In this document: positions 41,392-55,455 of the stretch, in pieces
Layout of the letters: every line of letters begins with the position of its first letter
How positions within the stretch are numbered: position 1 is the first letter of the stretch
From: Octopus vulgaris
Lineage: Eukaryota
DNA: 64,000 nucleotides
Direction: 5' to 3'
Assembly: GCA_951406725.2 (NCBI GenBank)
Contig: OX597825.1
Coordinates: 2,232,001 to 2,296,000 of the forward strand
Made by a program: the position numbers and the translations under genes
Notes under the pieces: generated by a model
Seen by the model: the letters and a program-made list of their open reading frames with translations, nothing else
Told to the model about the DNA's origin: nothing
Database searches by the model: none

Positions 41392-43847
41392 TAATACATA
41401 TAAAAGTAGGTATATGTATGTATGTATATGTATTATAGGAAAATGTAAGTAAAAATGTATATAAACAAGTTAGACAGAAAAGAAAACTTAACATGATTTT
41501 ATCGCTAGTTTTTTAAATTATAAAAATTACCGAAAGCAGAAGAGAGACGAAGTCACATTAAAAATCTGTTTAACAAACTCTATTGAATGTAATAAATTAT
41601 TAAAGAACATTTACTTTTTGATTCATTTGATATCATGCTTATTTATGTCATCATAAATCTTGCATTCAATCCAGTTTGAAACGTTTCATAAATAATGCTT
41701 CTTCTCTTATATTTATGCTTTTAGTGTAATTTTCGAACACAATATATATTAACAATACAATGTCAGTAAGTACATTTCCGAAAAATGTTCAGCATGCCAC
41801 TTAGTCCCACCGTTTAGATTTTAATATTGCCATTTCAAAATTTATTTCTATTCAAATACGCAATCTACCTTTTTTTATACGTAATTTTGTTGTTCGCTAT
41901 TTGTATGTAAATTGTATAAAGACAAAATCAATAGCCATCAATTACAAAGCTTGTATCGGTTATCATCTTACTATAAGAAATACTCGCACAAAAAAGTATT
42001 GTTAAAGATATGAAGTATTTTAGATCAAACATCACATTTACATGAGTATAATTTCTATATAAGTGGAAAATAGCACGGAATACACTTATGCAGTGGCAAC
42101 GTATTTGGGAATAGAAGAAAATGCCACTCAATGTTAAAAATCTTTCCTGCATCAAAAATTCAAATGACAAAATTAATTCCTTTGTAATCGGCTTCATTCT
42201 TTCATATCATGATTGGAATTAGATATATCATCAAAATACGGAAATCTGTAATCTGTAAGACTTATTAAAGCATAATGTATTTAAATGCCTGGCATCTGAA
42301 ATAAAAAGCTGCAGTGATAGAATTAGATATATTGAAGTCTCCGTAATTATTTTGCATAATATTAATTATCTCACACTTGAAAATAAACTATAAGCAACAA
42401 GATTGAACTTTATTTGAATATTGAAGCAATTATCGACACGTTGGCAGCGAGTTTAAAGGTTTTGATTGATAAACAACAAGGACAATAAGATACAAAGGCT
42501 TGTAGTTAAGAAATTAATGTTATATATTAATTATCTACGGAAACTATATTCATTCTTTATTTTGCTACGTGCAATATTCTCATCATTTTGAGATGACTTT
42601 CAAAATTGAATAGTGCTAACCGTCATTGTATCGTAGCTGGAACGAATTCTATAAACTCAGAAACGTATTTAGTGCTATCTCAATTGTCTCTACACTTCTT
42701 AGAAAGCAGCATCAGCTGTCTAGAAGGGAGGCTGAGTAGTTGCATTACCAATATGTATAACAGCAAATTCTTTATTTTATTAGCCGATAGGATTTAAAAA
42801 TAAGAACCAAATCTCACTCGAACATCGCTGTTACAACTTGAAATAGATACGGCCATACATTATCCGGAAACGAAAGCTGTTTTGTCACGAATTTTGTCAT
42901 GCGTTTTAAACCTATCTGCTTATTCAGTATGCTTAAACTATAAACGTAACAATGACACATTGGCTGCAGGTAGACTTGAACTTCTCGGCATCAGATCAGT
43001 ATTCCAGTATGTTAACCCCTTGAGCACAAATCTTATGACATTAACACTTTTATCTTCCGTTTTCTCATTTCTATAATTAATGTGATGTCTTAAACATCAG
43101 TTGCAATGAGGAAGCGGATCGTTGCTTTTGGCCTTTGAAGATTTTCTTTTAGAGGAAAACAATGAAAATAATAATAACTACAATTTCAATAATAAGTTGA
43201 CTTCTGTTGGTAAATCTATTACAGTTTCTGTTTCTATTTAATTGCTACGACACAGTATACGTGGATGAAGCGTGAGGTGTATATCATAAACATTCATATT
43301 ATTAATAAACGGGAGGATGAGTGAATGCAGACACTTTTTGATTGTATCACAAAACACTCCTTTGATGATTTATATTACGGCGTATCTCGTAAGATCTCCT
43401 TGGTCACGTAACATACTAGAGATAAGACAAAAATTACCCTCTGTATTTAAGAATAACTTTTGACTCTTTAACCAAAACAAAACTTTATGTAAGTTAAGCC
43501 ATCTTTTTGATATTTTTCATGTCGATTTGCTATATAAGCGAGGTGAGAGTGTTTGCGCGAATCCATAGGGGCGTATGATTGCGTTCCTAGGAAACAAAAT
43601 AACGCCGATGCTGTATAGCCTTTGTTAGCATTGACTTGTGCCCGAATGCTAAACGCAGAAATATCAGCGGTTCAATCTATAGTGACAAAAATACATACAG
43701 TAATATGTTATGCACAGTTGTAAGTTGTTAAGTCTTTGTAAACTTTTGTAGTAATTTCGCTATGCGCATTAATGAGATAAATTCCATTGATTGGACTAAC
43801 CCAATGCAGTAAATTACTAAGCTTTCTCTAGGTTACACTATTAGTCT

Positions 43848-44260
43848 CAGCGAGTTGGCAGAATTGTTAAGAAGTCAGAGAAAATGGATAACGGCATTTC
43901 TTTCGATTTTACGGATGTGGGGCTGAAAGTCCCTGACTTTAAAGTTATTACGAAAGGCCTGGCTAGAGGTCCAATCCTCCCAGTTTTTTTCACAGTGCTT
44001 AGAAAAACCGAAAGAACGCTTCAATAAGTGCGTGAATCTGGCAGGGGAATATATTGAGTAAAGTCGTAATTAACTGATCCTTCTGTATTTTCCTTTACTC
44101 AAAGCCAGGAACTTTTCAGGACACCCTTGTTCTCTCTAAGTTGCGGTTACAGCGAGACCAAATTTGCTTTCAAGTTTGGAGAAATAAATAACCAGTCAAT
44201 CACTGGAGTCCATGTAGTCTAGTAACTCAATCCACTTTGTGCTTATGGTAGAAAGGATTA
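43848..44260 (+). mobile_element. Decayed SINE family B interrupted by a mariner deletion derivative (about 43911-44129)
   Basis: SINE head GCGAGTTGGCAGAATTGTTA is followed by TIR-like GGGGCTGAAAGTCCCTGACTTT, the transposase C-terminus ERFNKCVNLAGEYIE*, and TIR AAAGCCAGGAACTTTTCAG. The SINE body then resumes. Confidence 0.65.
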
Positions 44261-44466
44261 TTTAGCAGTTTATAAATTGCAACCAGGTACTAAGAATGGT
44301 GGGGTTTCAGAATTGAGCTCTAAAATCAAAAATGTCAACAGCACCAGACGTAAAGCGCCTTCGAAGGGTTAGCTTCTACGTCGTCACCTAATCTGTTAGA
44401 AATAGCAGATTTCACAAAAATACGGCAGCTACATCTAGGTTTGAAGAAGCTATCTATCTATCTATC

Positions 44467-44537
<71 letters not shown>

Positions 44538-45672
44538 TTATCTATCTATCTATCTACCCATTTATGTGTGTGTGTATGTATGTATGTATCTATCTATATA
44601 GATAGATAGATAAGTAGTTAGATAGAAAGAAAGAGAGAGGGAAAGAGGGTGATAAATAGATAGATAGACATTTCCAGTTAACCACTTCATCCGAGATGAA
44701 GAACGGTTTGAGTCTCTGAGTTAGTGAAAACCTAAAAAACTGGTTATCTACCCTGCGTTGGATAACACGGCAATTTCACTGAAATGCTTCGACGTGATGA
44801 AATTAAATAATTTATGGACCGACTCTTTTATGAGACACACAAATACACACACACACACAAAGACACAACAGCATACTCAACACCCATGCGCCCACACAGC
44901 CGCATACATATGTGTATGTGTGTGTGTGTGTGTGTATACATTTGTGTCCATGAATGTATGACTATGCACACACATGTATACGTGTGTATGTGTTTGGCAC
45001 TGGAAAGTGAAAATCATGGCATTAAATATTCGGAAGGCTTATTACTGTATTATGTCATACAATAGTGGTTAATTTTGACGGAGGTGTAATATGTGATGTT
45101 TAAAACATATCCGAGAACAATGTTGAATATTTATTGAAATTTTGTTGCGTTTCACACATTATTCCATCTAATAGGACTTAACACGACAATGTAAAGTTAT
45201 TTAGAAAGCGAAATGAAATGTAACGCAGTGAAACCTTCATAACATACGTTGTGAACAGAGAGTTGAATTCAAATTATTCTGATAATCAGAAGTAATTGAA
45301 TTATAAAATATACGGAGACAAAATCATCTCAGTTTTATGATTGTTCGCATAACTGACAATGTTAAATGGAAAACTGTGGAGTGCAAATTATGAAAAACCA
45401 AAAATAGAGAAGCCGTTCTATTGATCTCAGAAGTGATAAAATTAGTGAAACTGCTGTCGAGATGGAACTGTGTCGTTGGTGTTGTTGTCGTTGGTGTTGT
45501 TGTCGTTGTTTTCGTTGTTGTTGTTCCTTTGTTTAGTGCTGCTACTTCGGCAGATTTTATCAACTCTGAAAAGAGGAGCCACAAACAATATTGCAGAATT
45601 TCTAGAGAAAATTAAAACTGCTTGTCATTGTCTGTCATGATAGAGAGTAATCAACATCAAAGATGATCCAGA

Positions 45673-45686
45673 GTCACCATGGCAAC
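45673..45686. promoter_or_regulatory. RFX X-box consensus match
   Basis: GTCACCATGGCAAC fits GTHNYY-AT-RRNAAC. Confidence 0.35.
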
Positions 45687-47189
45687 CCATCAAGTGAGGT
45701 TTTATATTGTTGCTCTCGCCTCTTGCCGGTGAAATTAAAACTTTCACTTGTCAGGGTTTACTTTTATTGTTCCGAATTCCATTTTGTTATTTTCTTCTTT
45801 AATAAGCAAATAAAAATAAGAATAAACATCAACAAAAATGCACAACACAATGCAAACAGAACCACACAAACAAGCAATTATTGCTTCTCTCACACATTCT
45901 ATAGCTTTGACACATACAACTGGCAGATTTCTCATTTTGTTTGTTTCTTTTTTCCGTAATCTTTACAGTAATTGCCAATGGAATCTATCAGGGTTACTGA
46001 CCCTTTCACTAAAACAAACGGAAAAAGAAGCAACTAAAACAAACACACATAAACAAACAAATTATTAATTAACCTATTCTAGGAAAGCAATATTGATTTA
46101 TTGAAGTTACAAAAATTATCTTCTTTCTCATGTTTTTATTTTTATATATATATGTTTTTACCAATATGAAGAAGAATCATAAAAATAAATATAAAATAAA
46201 GAATAAGCAGTTATAGAATTCAAAATATTCAGCAATGTTGAAAATGCACAGAATCTGGTACTTTCTATGCTGATAAAATATATTTATCGAAATCATGAAT
46301 GTCATGTATTACTTCTTATATCAGGTTAATTGAATTATATTTAACAGATTCTAGCGTGATATTTCTTAAGCGGAGCTAATTAAAATTTAATTTGAAAGCA
46401 TCTGATATCATTTTAATTTCAAAATGATTATAGAGACACCAAGATTAAATATACAAGTGAGATATAAACACACCAATGGAATGCAAATCTCATACCTCTT
46501 GCATTCTAGGGATACAATCTTCACCAATTTGAGGTGATAAACCCGTTGTTAAACATACGCACAAACACGCACGCGCGCGGAGTTGAGACGGATGGTAGTT
46601 TGTTTGTTATTGATATCAGTCTCAATCCATCATTAATGCATTGTAACTTGACCCATCTTTTCAAGTTTATCTAAAGGAATATTACATGTTGGGTTCATGC
46701 ATATCCTAAGAACATGTGTGCGCGATTATGACCATGGTTTCCATTTGCCTGCAATTTAAACCAAAGTTAGTTCATATCATATAGGCCTAATCGTCAGGAC
46801 TGCATTCCTCACCATGAGGAGGGCAGACAACTGTGGCAATTCTAGGGTTATTGAATGCAACGGAAGCCGCGACTGTGGTCGCACCCAGGCATCCAGTCGC
46901 ATAACGGCGTTCGGCAATCGTTGTGGCTCAGCTATCACACTGTGCTCAGTGCGGTCATGTCGCTACAATCAGCCTTTCGCATTAGTTGTGATAAAATTAT
47001 TAGATTGAGGCAGACTTGTATAGTCGTACTTTCTTTTGTCCTCCTCACACTATATTTTGAGCTATATTATCCATTGTGAAAACCATAGAATGTGCCGTTA
47101 GGGCACAGATTATTATTATTATTAGAGAAAATTATGTGATGAGTCAATGTGATACTGCATGGATAATAAAGAGGATGAAAGATCACTAG

Positions 47190-47357
47190 CCACTAAACAT
47201 TCTTCATTTTCTCTCATTGTTTCTTTCTGTGTTCCTTTCTGTGGAAGAGCGTAGGTTCGAAACCGTTAAAGAGTTTTTCACTTCCCGAGTGTTATACAAA
47301 TACATTTGTTTGTTGTCTTCACAACCTATCTTCGTCTTTTTCTTTGTGAATTCTCCG
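47190..47357 (+). mobile_element. Short PLE-pLTR-like element with a minimal hammerhead (47235-47271)
   Basis: CTTT-CTGTGGA-A-GAGC-GTAG-GTTC-GAAAC-C-GTT-AAAG, homologous to 40420-40605. Confidence 0.6.
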
Positions 47358-49814
47358 CATACAATAAGAAACATCAATATAGATGAGTAAATGAATATAT
47401 ATAGCTATTGACGAAGAAATTACAAATTAAATGGAAAGAACATATCATAGTATTGAGCAGAAAGATGGAATGGAAGAAATAGATATTTTATGCTAAGAGT
47501 AAAGCATTACGGCAGCATCATCGAGTGTTTTCCAAAATATTTCAGAAAATCCTATGATCCTGTGTGAAGGTGTGTGGCTTGGTGGTTCGGGTATTCATGT
47601 CAAATTGAGATGTGTGTGAAGTAAACTTTTTAATCAAAATTTAAAACTTGATATTCTAAGTGTTGAATCAGATTCATTCTATCTTCTATTCCGAGCTCTG
47701 TAACTACGTTGAACCTCCTGTTATTTATCGTAGAGGCTTCACTGGCTGTGTGCTTATATTCACTATTCGGTTCTTTCACAATAAGTTTCTTATAAAATTC
47801 AGTATCAACATTATATAAAGATTATATAAAATATATGTATTACCAATAAACTAGTAATAGAATATCGGACTGGAATATTCTGGCGAAGGATTGGTCGAAT
47901 CAGTAGAGCGTACGACAAATATTCCATATGTTCCAAGATCAAATCCCTGCCAAGTGATTTCCGTGTTCAGCTTCCTTATGACTTTGAAATAGCTAACGTA
48001 GTTAATGACATCGATTACACTATGCTCACCGATGTCCGACATGGCCAGAGTCCAATACATGAAACTAGTAAATGAATAAGAACATCTACTTGTAAAAGGA
48101 TTAATTGATGTTAAATGAAGGCCTGGGGAGCAATTAGCAGATGTTATTGCCAGAAATATGGTACAAAGGAATCCACTGACATACGCTTTGATGATGTGAC
48201 AAAGCTAATAAATATAATTATACTACGCAGAAATTGAAGAAATTAATTCCATTTCCTTAAGAGAATTAGACCAATATTTTAACGTTTGATCATTATTCAC
48301 AGTTAACAGCAACACGAACTGAAGAAGGACCGTAATGTGGTTGAAGAACATGCTAGGAAGAGTAACCAAATATAACTCAAATCCCGCTGCATGTCATTTC
48401 CTTTTCTTCAGACGAACGACTTATTGAATAATCCAGGCTTGGCTACTATATGAGGCCCTCATTACTGCAGAGCTCGACTTGCTAGACATAGTAGCTGAAA
48501 ATGTAGAACTACATAGCTTTCAAAAGAAAGTGCAAAGGATCACGATGACTGGAATGGATTTAAACATAAGCCTGACCGGCCTGGGCTGCGGGAGAGATGA
48601 AAACACCACAGCAACACTTTCAGCAGCGGTAGCAGTAGCAGCATCAGCAGCAGCACCGCCACCATCACCACCATCATCACCACCATCACCACCGACAATA
48701 ACTACAACAACTAACGCAACGACGGCTACGACGAAAACTAGAATTTATATTGGACAGTGATAGGATTCAATCACTTAAAATTAACGAATCCGGTGAGATT
48801 AGAATTGTTGCTTGGCGATCGAATAAATGTTTAGCGGTAATTCACGAGTAATTGCACGGCTGTTGACTGTGAAACGAAAGCCAATGAAGCGTGTCTTAAC
48901 CTTTTATTGCTCAAGCATCATTAAGACATAATATCAGCTCTACATTGCAATAATTTACCAAAACGTCCACACCATATGATGTGTTCCATATGTTCAACGG
49001 TTGGAATTGTCTGTGAAATATAGTGCAAGCGGCCGAATATTCCACACGTATTTCTTGTCTTCTGCAACGCAAGAATATATATTTAACAATCTGAAACAAA
49101 GGTCAGCGTTCGAATTTCAAAAAGAGACCATCTGATGGACCTTGGCATATTTTCTTGGTGAGAGGGATATGATTTAGTCATATGGCTAGACGAATTAAAT
49201 GACCTACAGCTTAAGGCCAAGCATACTAAAGAATGTCTGTGTAAAGATTGCATTCTCGGTTACAATTTTCTTGTAATTCATATGCGTGTAATAACAACAA
49301 GAATTAACCAAATTCAAACTAATTGTCAAGAGTTAACGTCAACATATTAGTCCCAATAATAAAAAAAAATCCTCACTCGTCTTACAAACGTTTAACATTT
49401 TGTTATTCTAGAATTATGTTTGTCAAGAAACAACATTTCTCATAAACCCTAAGAAAATTGTATGAACATCAGTGACAATGCCATGTTCAGTCGTTAACGC
49501 AAACTTACTGAACAGTTTCATTTGCTAAATAAGTCCTCTACATTGTCCCATAGCTGTCGCTCTATCCTTAAATACAACTACCTCCGTTTACATGCCATGG
49601 ATAATCACGTGACGCTATTGTGGGGATACTTGTCCCAAATGCATATAGGGTGGAAAATAGGGATTTGAGATTGTGAAGAGTATCTCATATCTATACAGTT
49701 CATATATCTTAAATCCGGGGCGTATTAATCCAACTCTCTGTGTCCTGTGTTCTTATCCTGCCGCAGTCAAGTTTCCATTTGCTTCCCTCGGGCTCAATGA
49801 AGATATTGCCAGTC

Positions 49815-49847
<33 letters not shown>

Positions 49848-50004
49848 TGTATATATATATATACGCAATCTGGCTCATGCATGCCCATGGTGTCCCTGGG
49901 AAAATCTTGGAACACCTTAAACTTGACCACCAACTCGGATTTACCGTGACAAGCAAAATGCTTATCGTCTTTCTCAACCGCGCCTCACATGTAATATGAA
50001 TCCA

Positions 50005-50160
50005 TAGGATGACAATCAGTTCCTACGCTTGCCGGAGGTTTGGCAAGGAGCCAGATCTTATTTCCACAGATCTTCCAGTAACAATGCTTTCCAGTGTTTG
50101 ACCACGGTCTCCAGTAGCTTTACATATCCGTCTGAACTGATCTTAAGACCTGTTCAAAGG
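50005..50160 (-). mobile_element. Tc1/mariner DD37D (maT-like) transposase catalytic fragment
   Basis: GLKISSDGYVKLLETVVKHW...WK*DLAPCQTSGK, resembling the WQQDSAPCHTS motif. Confidence 0.65.
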
Positions 50161-51227
50161 GATAAATACCGGCGTGCAAATGCACTTACAACGCTGTTGT
50201 GTCCTTTCCTTTTGGGCGCAGTCTGCATTGCAGGTGTCCATGTCACATCTTAAAGCCGTTACAGTGTTTTGGTGGCATCTTGATGCTTGGCGCGAATTAT
50301 CATGATACATATAATTCTTTTCCAATATTCAAATGACTTCCAATCCTCCAAATAAGCTAATATTTTCTCAACTACATCTTTAATTCCCACAATTTCCGAC
50401 GTTGTTGATTGTTTACCAATACATCCAACTGATCCCGAAAAAAAACCTAAAAGAGACATAAAAATCGTCAAATTTAGTTCGAATATACAATATGTATAAC
50501 CAAATGGCATTCCGGATCGGTGACGTGCAATGTCGTTTATCTACTAGAGAGGGTAGATCTAGGCTCATTGTACCTCAGTTGCTTTTCTCACTGCATTCGC
50601 AGATACCCCTGACTCTCTGTCGCCATCCAATTCCATTATTACGAATTCGAACTGAGAGCTTGACTCATAGTGAATCCTTCATTAGTTGATTGCAAAACCA
50701 TGGACGCCATACGTACGGATGCGTTGTTGTTACTCTCCTGATAGAGGTTTGTGATTCTACCCGTTTAATCTTCTTGTATTTCTCTGGTCCAGCATCAATG
50801 TAAGTAGGACGGTTGATTCAGTTGAGCTTTTCTGTCACCTCTTCACAGTTTGCCATGCTGTGGTCCCAAGACTTCGCTATATCCCAAGCAGGATGACTGA
50901 AATAATTCTATGCCTTCCAAAAGGTAACCCATGACTATGCAGGATATAGAGTCGTCATTCCGTGAATTATTTTCGAATTATCCGCATAGCCATGGACTTA
51001 ATTTATTTTTCCTTTTCCAGCGACACGCACACACACAAACACACACACATCATAGTTTAAGAGAGACTTGGATGTCAGTTCCCTAATAGGTGTATTTGTG
51101 ATGCGTGGTTCTTCACATTAAGGATTTTGATGAATTTATATCTCAAATATTACAGAGCATCATAGTTTTAGGTATGCTAACTGCAGATTGCAGTAATATA
51201 GCGATGTTTTTGCTGTGTATTTTTATA

Positions 51228-51299
<72 letters not shown>

Positions 51300-51303
<4 letters not shown>

Positions 51304-51383
51304 GTATATATACATATATATATACATATATATAATATAATATATATATATACATACATATATATATATTATATATATGTAAA

Positions 51384-51469
<86 letters not shown>

Positions 51470-51600
51470 TGATGGATATATAGGTAGATAGATAAATGGA
51501 TAGAGACATAAACACGAACATACGTACACACATACATACATATATATACATATATATAATATAATAATATATATATACATACATATATATATATATTATA

Positions 51601-51646
<46 letters not shown>

Positions 51647-51647
51647 A

Positions 51648-51679
<32 letters not shown>

Positions 51680-51750
51680 TGATGGATATATAGGTAGATA
51701 GATAAATGGATAGAGACATAAACACGAACATACGTACACACATACATATA
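51300..51750. repeat. Tandem duplication with a 210-bp period inside (TA)-rich sequence
   Basis: TTGATGGATATATAGGTAGATAGATAAATGGATAGAGACATAAACACGAACATACGTACAC occurs at 51469 and 51679. Confidence 0.9.
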
Positions 51751-53128
51751 TATATACATATACAAACATACACACGCACCTATACTTGCATATATGCATC
51801 TATATATAAATGCAAAAACAAACCCATCTCGCTCACCTCCATCACCGCAACCCTCCACCGGCCCCCACCACCGCTACCAACAATAAAACAACAGCCGCCA
51901 CAACCATCGCCGCGTTCTCCACTGAACCAAAATATTTTTAGTGTTAAAGTGTGTTACCTTTTGTTTCTCTCAGACTCTAGGTAATTTGTTTAATTTGTCT
52001 AATTGGTTTTAAAATAATGTTATTGATGAGCAGTTCTTTAGAGAATTAGAATATATAAAACAAAAATGATTATTTTTAGTAATACATGAAAATAATAGCT
52101 TCGGTGTTTGGACAGTTAACCTCCAGAGATTCTCTTAAACTGTTTATTTCAACAACTTTAAATATAACTAAGTTGTGAACAGCGACACCACCATTCCATA
52201 CACTACCGCAACAACCACCATAAAACCCACCGTCATATCTATGAAAGACATGCACACACATACATACGCATATCGTACGCTAATATGCACATACATAGAT
52301 ACACGCATGCGCACACACAAAATAACGTTTGCAACAACGCCAACACCGATGCAAAATATAGCGTTGAAAATACGCAGGAACACCTTCGCCAGCACCGCAT
52401 CAACATCAATAACAACATCAACCCCCACCGTCTATTATAACACTAAAGGCTATACTAACACTATCACCACCGTCCCGACCACGAACATCACCGAGAATAA
52501 TTTTAACACCACCAGCATCGCTACTAACTCTAACATTAATACCACCAACGACATCCCTCGCACTGCCACCAAAATGAACATCGCCACCCCCTTCGTACTA
52601 TGTCCGGTGCAATCTAACATAATCAACAGAAAAACAAAAAAAATCAATAGAAATGTTAAAAAAACAAACAAACAAGTACGTAAGTATAATGGCTATTTAA
52701 ACTGCTAAAGCACCTGTAGCAAATATGATAAGCAACAAATTAAACTGGAAACACAGAATGTAAAACATTGAAGAAGAGAAGCAAGCAAACAGCGAGAGCG
52801 CGAATTAGCAGAGGAAAATTATGCAGAAATAACAAAAGTAAAAAAAAAAAAGGACAAAATTAAGTCTAACACTAATAACAAGAGCAAAGTGAGAAATATG
52901 CAGTTTGACGAATAACAACACATGTTTGCCACTGCTGCGTTGAAACGCGAAAATAACATCATCATCTGTTAAATTGAAAATATGTTTTCTGCAGAAATTT
53001 TGACAAATGTTTTTTTATGCATCTACATGTACATACATGCATGAATACATGCATACATACATACATACATACATATATACATACACACACACACATGTAC
53101 ATATACATACATACATGCATACGTACAT

Positions 53129-53191
<63 letters not shown>

Positions 53192-53204
53192 GTATATATA
53201 TTAT

Positions 53205-53259
<55 letters not shown>

Positions 53260-53272
53260 TCATATATATATG

Positions 53273-53319
<47 letters not shown>

Positions 53320-53321
<2 letters not shown>

Positions 53322-53528
53322 TTGTGTGTCTGTGTTTGTCCCCCTAGAACTGCTTGACAACCGATGCTGGTGTGTTTATGTCCCCGTTACTTAGCGGTTC
53401 GGCAAAAGAGACCGATAGAATAAGTACTGGGCTTACAAAGAATAAGTCCCGGGGTCGTTTTGCTCGACTAAAGGCTGTGCTCCAGCATGGCCGCAGTCAA
53501 ATGACTGAAACAAGTAAAAGAGTAAAAG
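53320..53528 (+). mobile_element. SINE family A, 3' half
   Basis: GCTTGACAACCGATGCTGGTGTGTT...CAGCATGGCCGCAGTCAAATGACTGAAACAAGTAAAAG. Confidence 0.9.
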
Positions 53529-53875
53529 ATATATATATGTGTGTGTGTATGTATGTATACGTGTATATATATATATATATGTAGTATACGTTCGTATATG
53601 TAAGTATTCGTATGTTATATGTACATATATGTGTATTTATGTTACTTCCTGCGTATATTCCACTGATAAGGCAAAGCGTTTGTTATGCAAAGCCAGCAAT
53701 CCGGGATCTGTAATTATCCAGTAATATTTTGCTAGTTTATTCTGTCTTCTTGTCGTCTTTCCTTGTGTTGTATGAACATTTAATGTGGGTTTCGATTCAG
53801 GTTCTGGCTGCTATATCCAGCATGGCGGTATCTCTTAGATACCCTAAATTATAATTTTAATATATATATATATAT

Positions 53876-53910
<35 letters not shown>

Positions 53911-54495
53911 GATATAGATAGTTGTATATATATATATAGAAAGATTAGGATTCTAGTGAATCGCGCATTAAATGGTATGTCATAATGTTGTGTCAAAGTC
54001 AAAGTGCGTACTCAACAAAAATAGACGAAAAGATACGCGGGTACCGAAGAGGAGATAAAGATATTAAAGTTATATATACGATTAATTAATCCCGATTGAG
54101 TAAATTACTAGCGCTTGGACTTATCAAGAAATATACGGTCCATAATACACTTCGTATCACGCGGGGAGCAGGTTCCATGAGAGTGAATTATAAATAAAGA
54201 AACAGTAAAAGATGCATAATATATCAATTCACTACGAATTCTCAATTGATTAACGGAGACATATCATTAGAAAGAAGAAACATTTCCATCAGCCAAATAC
54301 ATGAACCAAACCATTTCTAAACATTAAAATGTTAACGGCATTTCGTCTCTGATTTTTGAATGTTTCTAAATGTTGTGGTTCGTGTATTTACCTGAGAAAA
54401 AACGTTTTTTTTTTCGAAAGATAGAATGTGTCGTTTAATCAATTAAAAATTCTTTTGAAACAGCTGTAGTAAATTGGCACATTATCCTTCTATCG

Positions 54496-54562
<67 letters not shown>

Positions 54563-54699
54563 TATATACGTATATGCATACCTATGTATGTGTGTGTGAG
54601 TAGGTACGTATGTGCATATATTGCTGAGGATTCCTGGGTTTCATCCACGCAGCTTGGATTTCATTTACGAAATTGGAATATTAATTACATCTTAAGGTA

Positions 54700-55030
54700 T
54701 AGGCATGGATGCGGGATTCTAAAAGTGCACATTGCAACCACAAAGTTTCACGTTCAGTTCGATTGCGTGGCAACTTGGGTAGATGTCAGTTACACACATC
54801 ATTAATCCCTTGTGAGTAACTTTGGTAGACGGAAACTGTGAGGAAGCTCCTTGTGTATATAGATACGTGAGCGCATGAGTACATATGTGTTTGTCACCCG
54901 ACACGGCTTGACACTCAGTGTTGGTTTGTTTACGCCCTGTAACGTAGCGCTTCGGCGTGACTGACATGGTATCAGCCGTTCAAGGCGATGCTTTAGCATG
55001 GGCGCAATCCAATGACCGAACCAAACAGAA
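54700..55030 (+). mobile_element. Decayed SINE family A
   Basis: CCTTGTGAGT...TTGGTAGACGGAAACTG...GAAGC...CAATGACCGAA. Confidence 0.65.
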
Positions 55031-55054
55031 CGTAATGTAGCTTTCATCTTTCTT

Positions 55055-55378
55055 CTTTCTTCTTTTACTTGTTTCTGCAATTAGAGTGTGGCCATGCTAG
55101 AGCACCGTCTAGAAGAACTTTTAGTTAAATGACTGGACACAGTATATAATTTTAAAGCCTGCTGCGTATTTTATTCTCCTTTTTATTTATTCTCTTTTTC
55201 CGAATTAAGTTTCGGGGACGTAAACACACCAGCACCGGAGATTAAACGGAGGTGGGGACAAACACATACACGAACACGCACACACACATACATACATACA
55301 CACACAGACAGACAGACAGACACACACACACATATATATACGACGAGCCTCTTTCAGTTTCCGTCTAAGTGATCCACT
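55055..55378 (-). mobile_element. Decayed SINE family A, tail-to-tail with the previous copy
   Basis: TTTTACTTGTTTC...GGCCATGCTAGAGCACCG...GGGGACGTAAACACACCAGCACCGG...TTTCAGTTTCCGTCT. Confidence 0.75.
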
Positions 55379-55421
55379 AACAACGTATATATATATATAT
55401 ATAATGTCAGTTATTTATATC

Positions 55422-55455
<34 letters not shown>

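Noticed and set aside
45324-45615. Thr-rich and Val-rich ORFs resembling mucin or membrane proteins (also 52175-52708 and 61245-61715)
   Set aside because: They come from low-complexity (ACA/ACT/ACC)n sequence without credible starts or splice context.
48320-48350. CTGAAGA...GAAG hammerhead-like string
   Set aside because: It lacks GAAA, stem I and a cleavage triplet, so it is probably chance.
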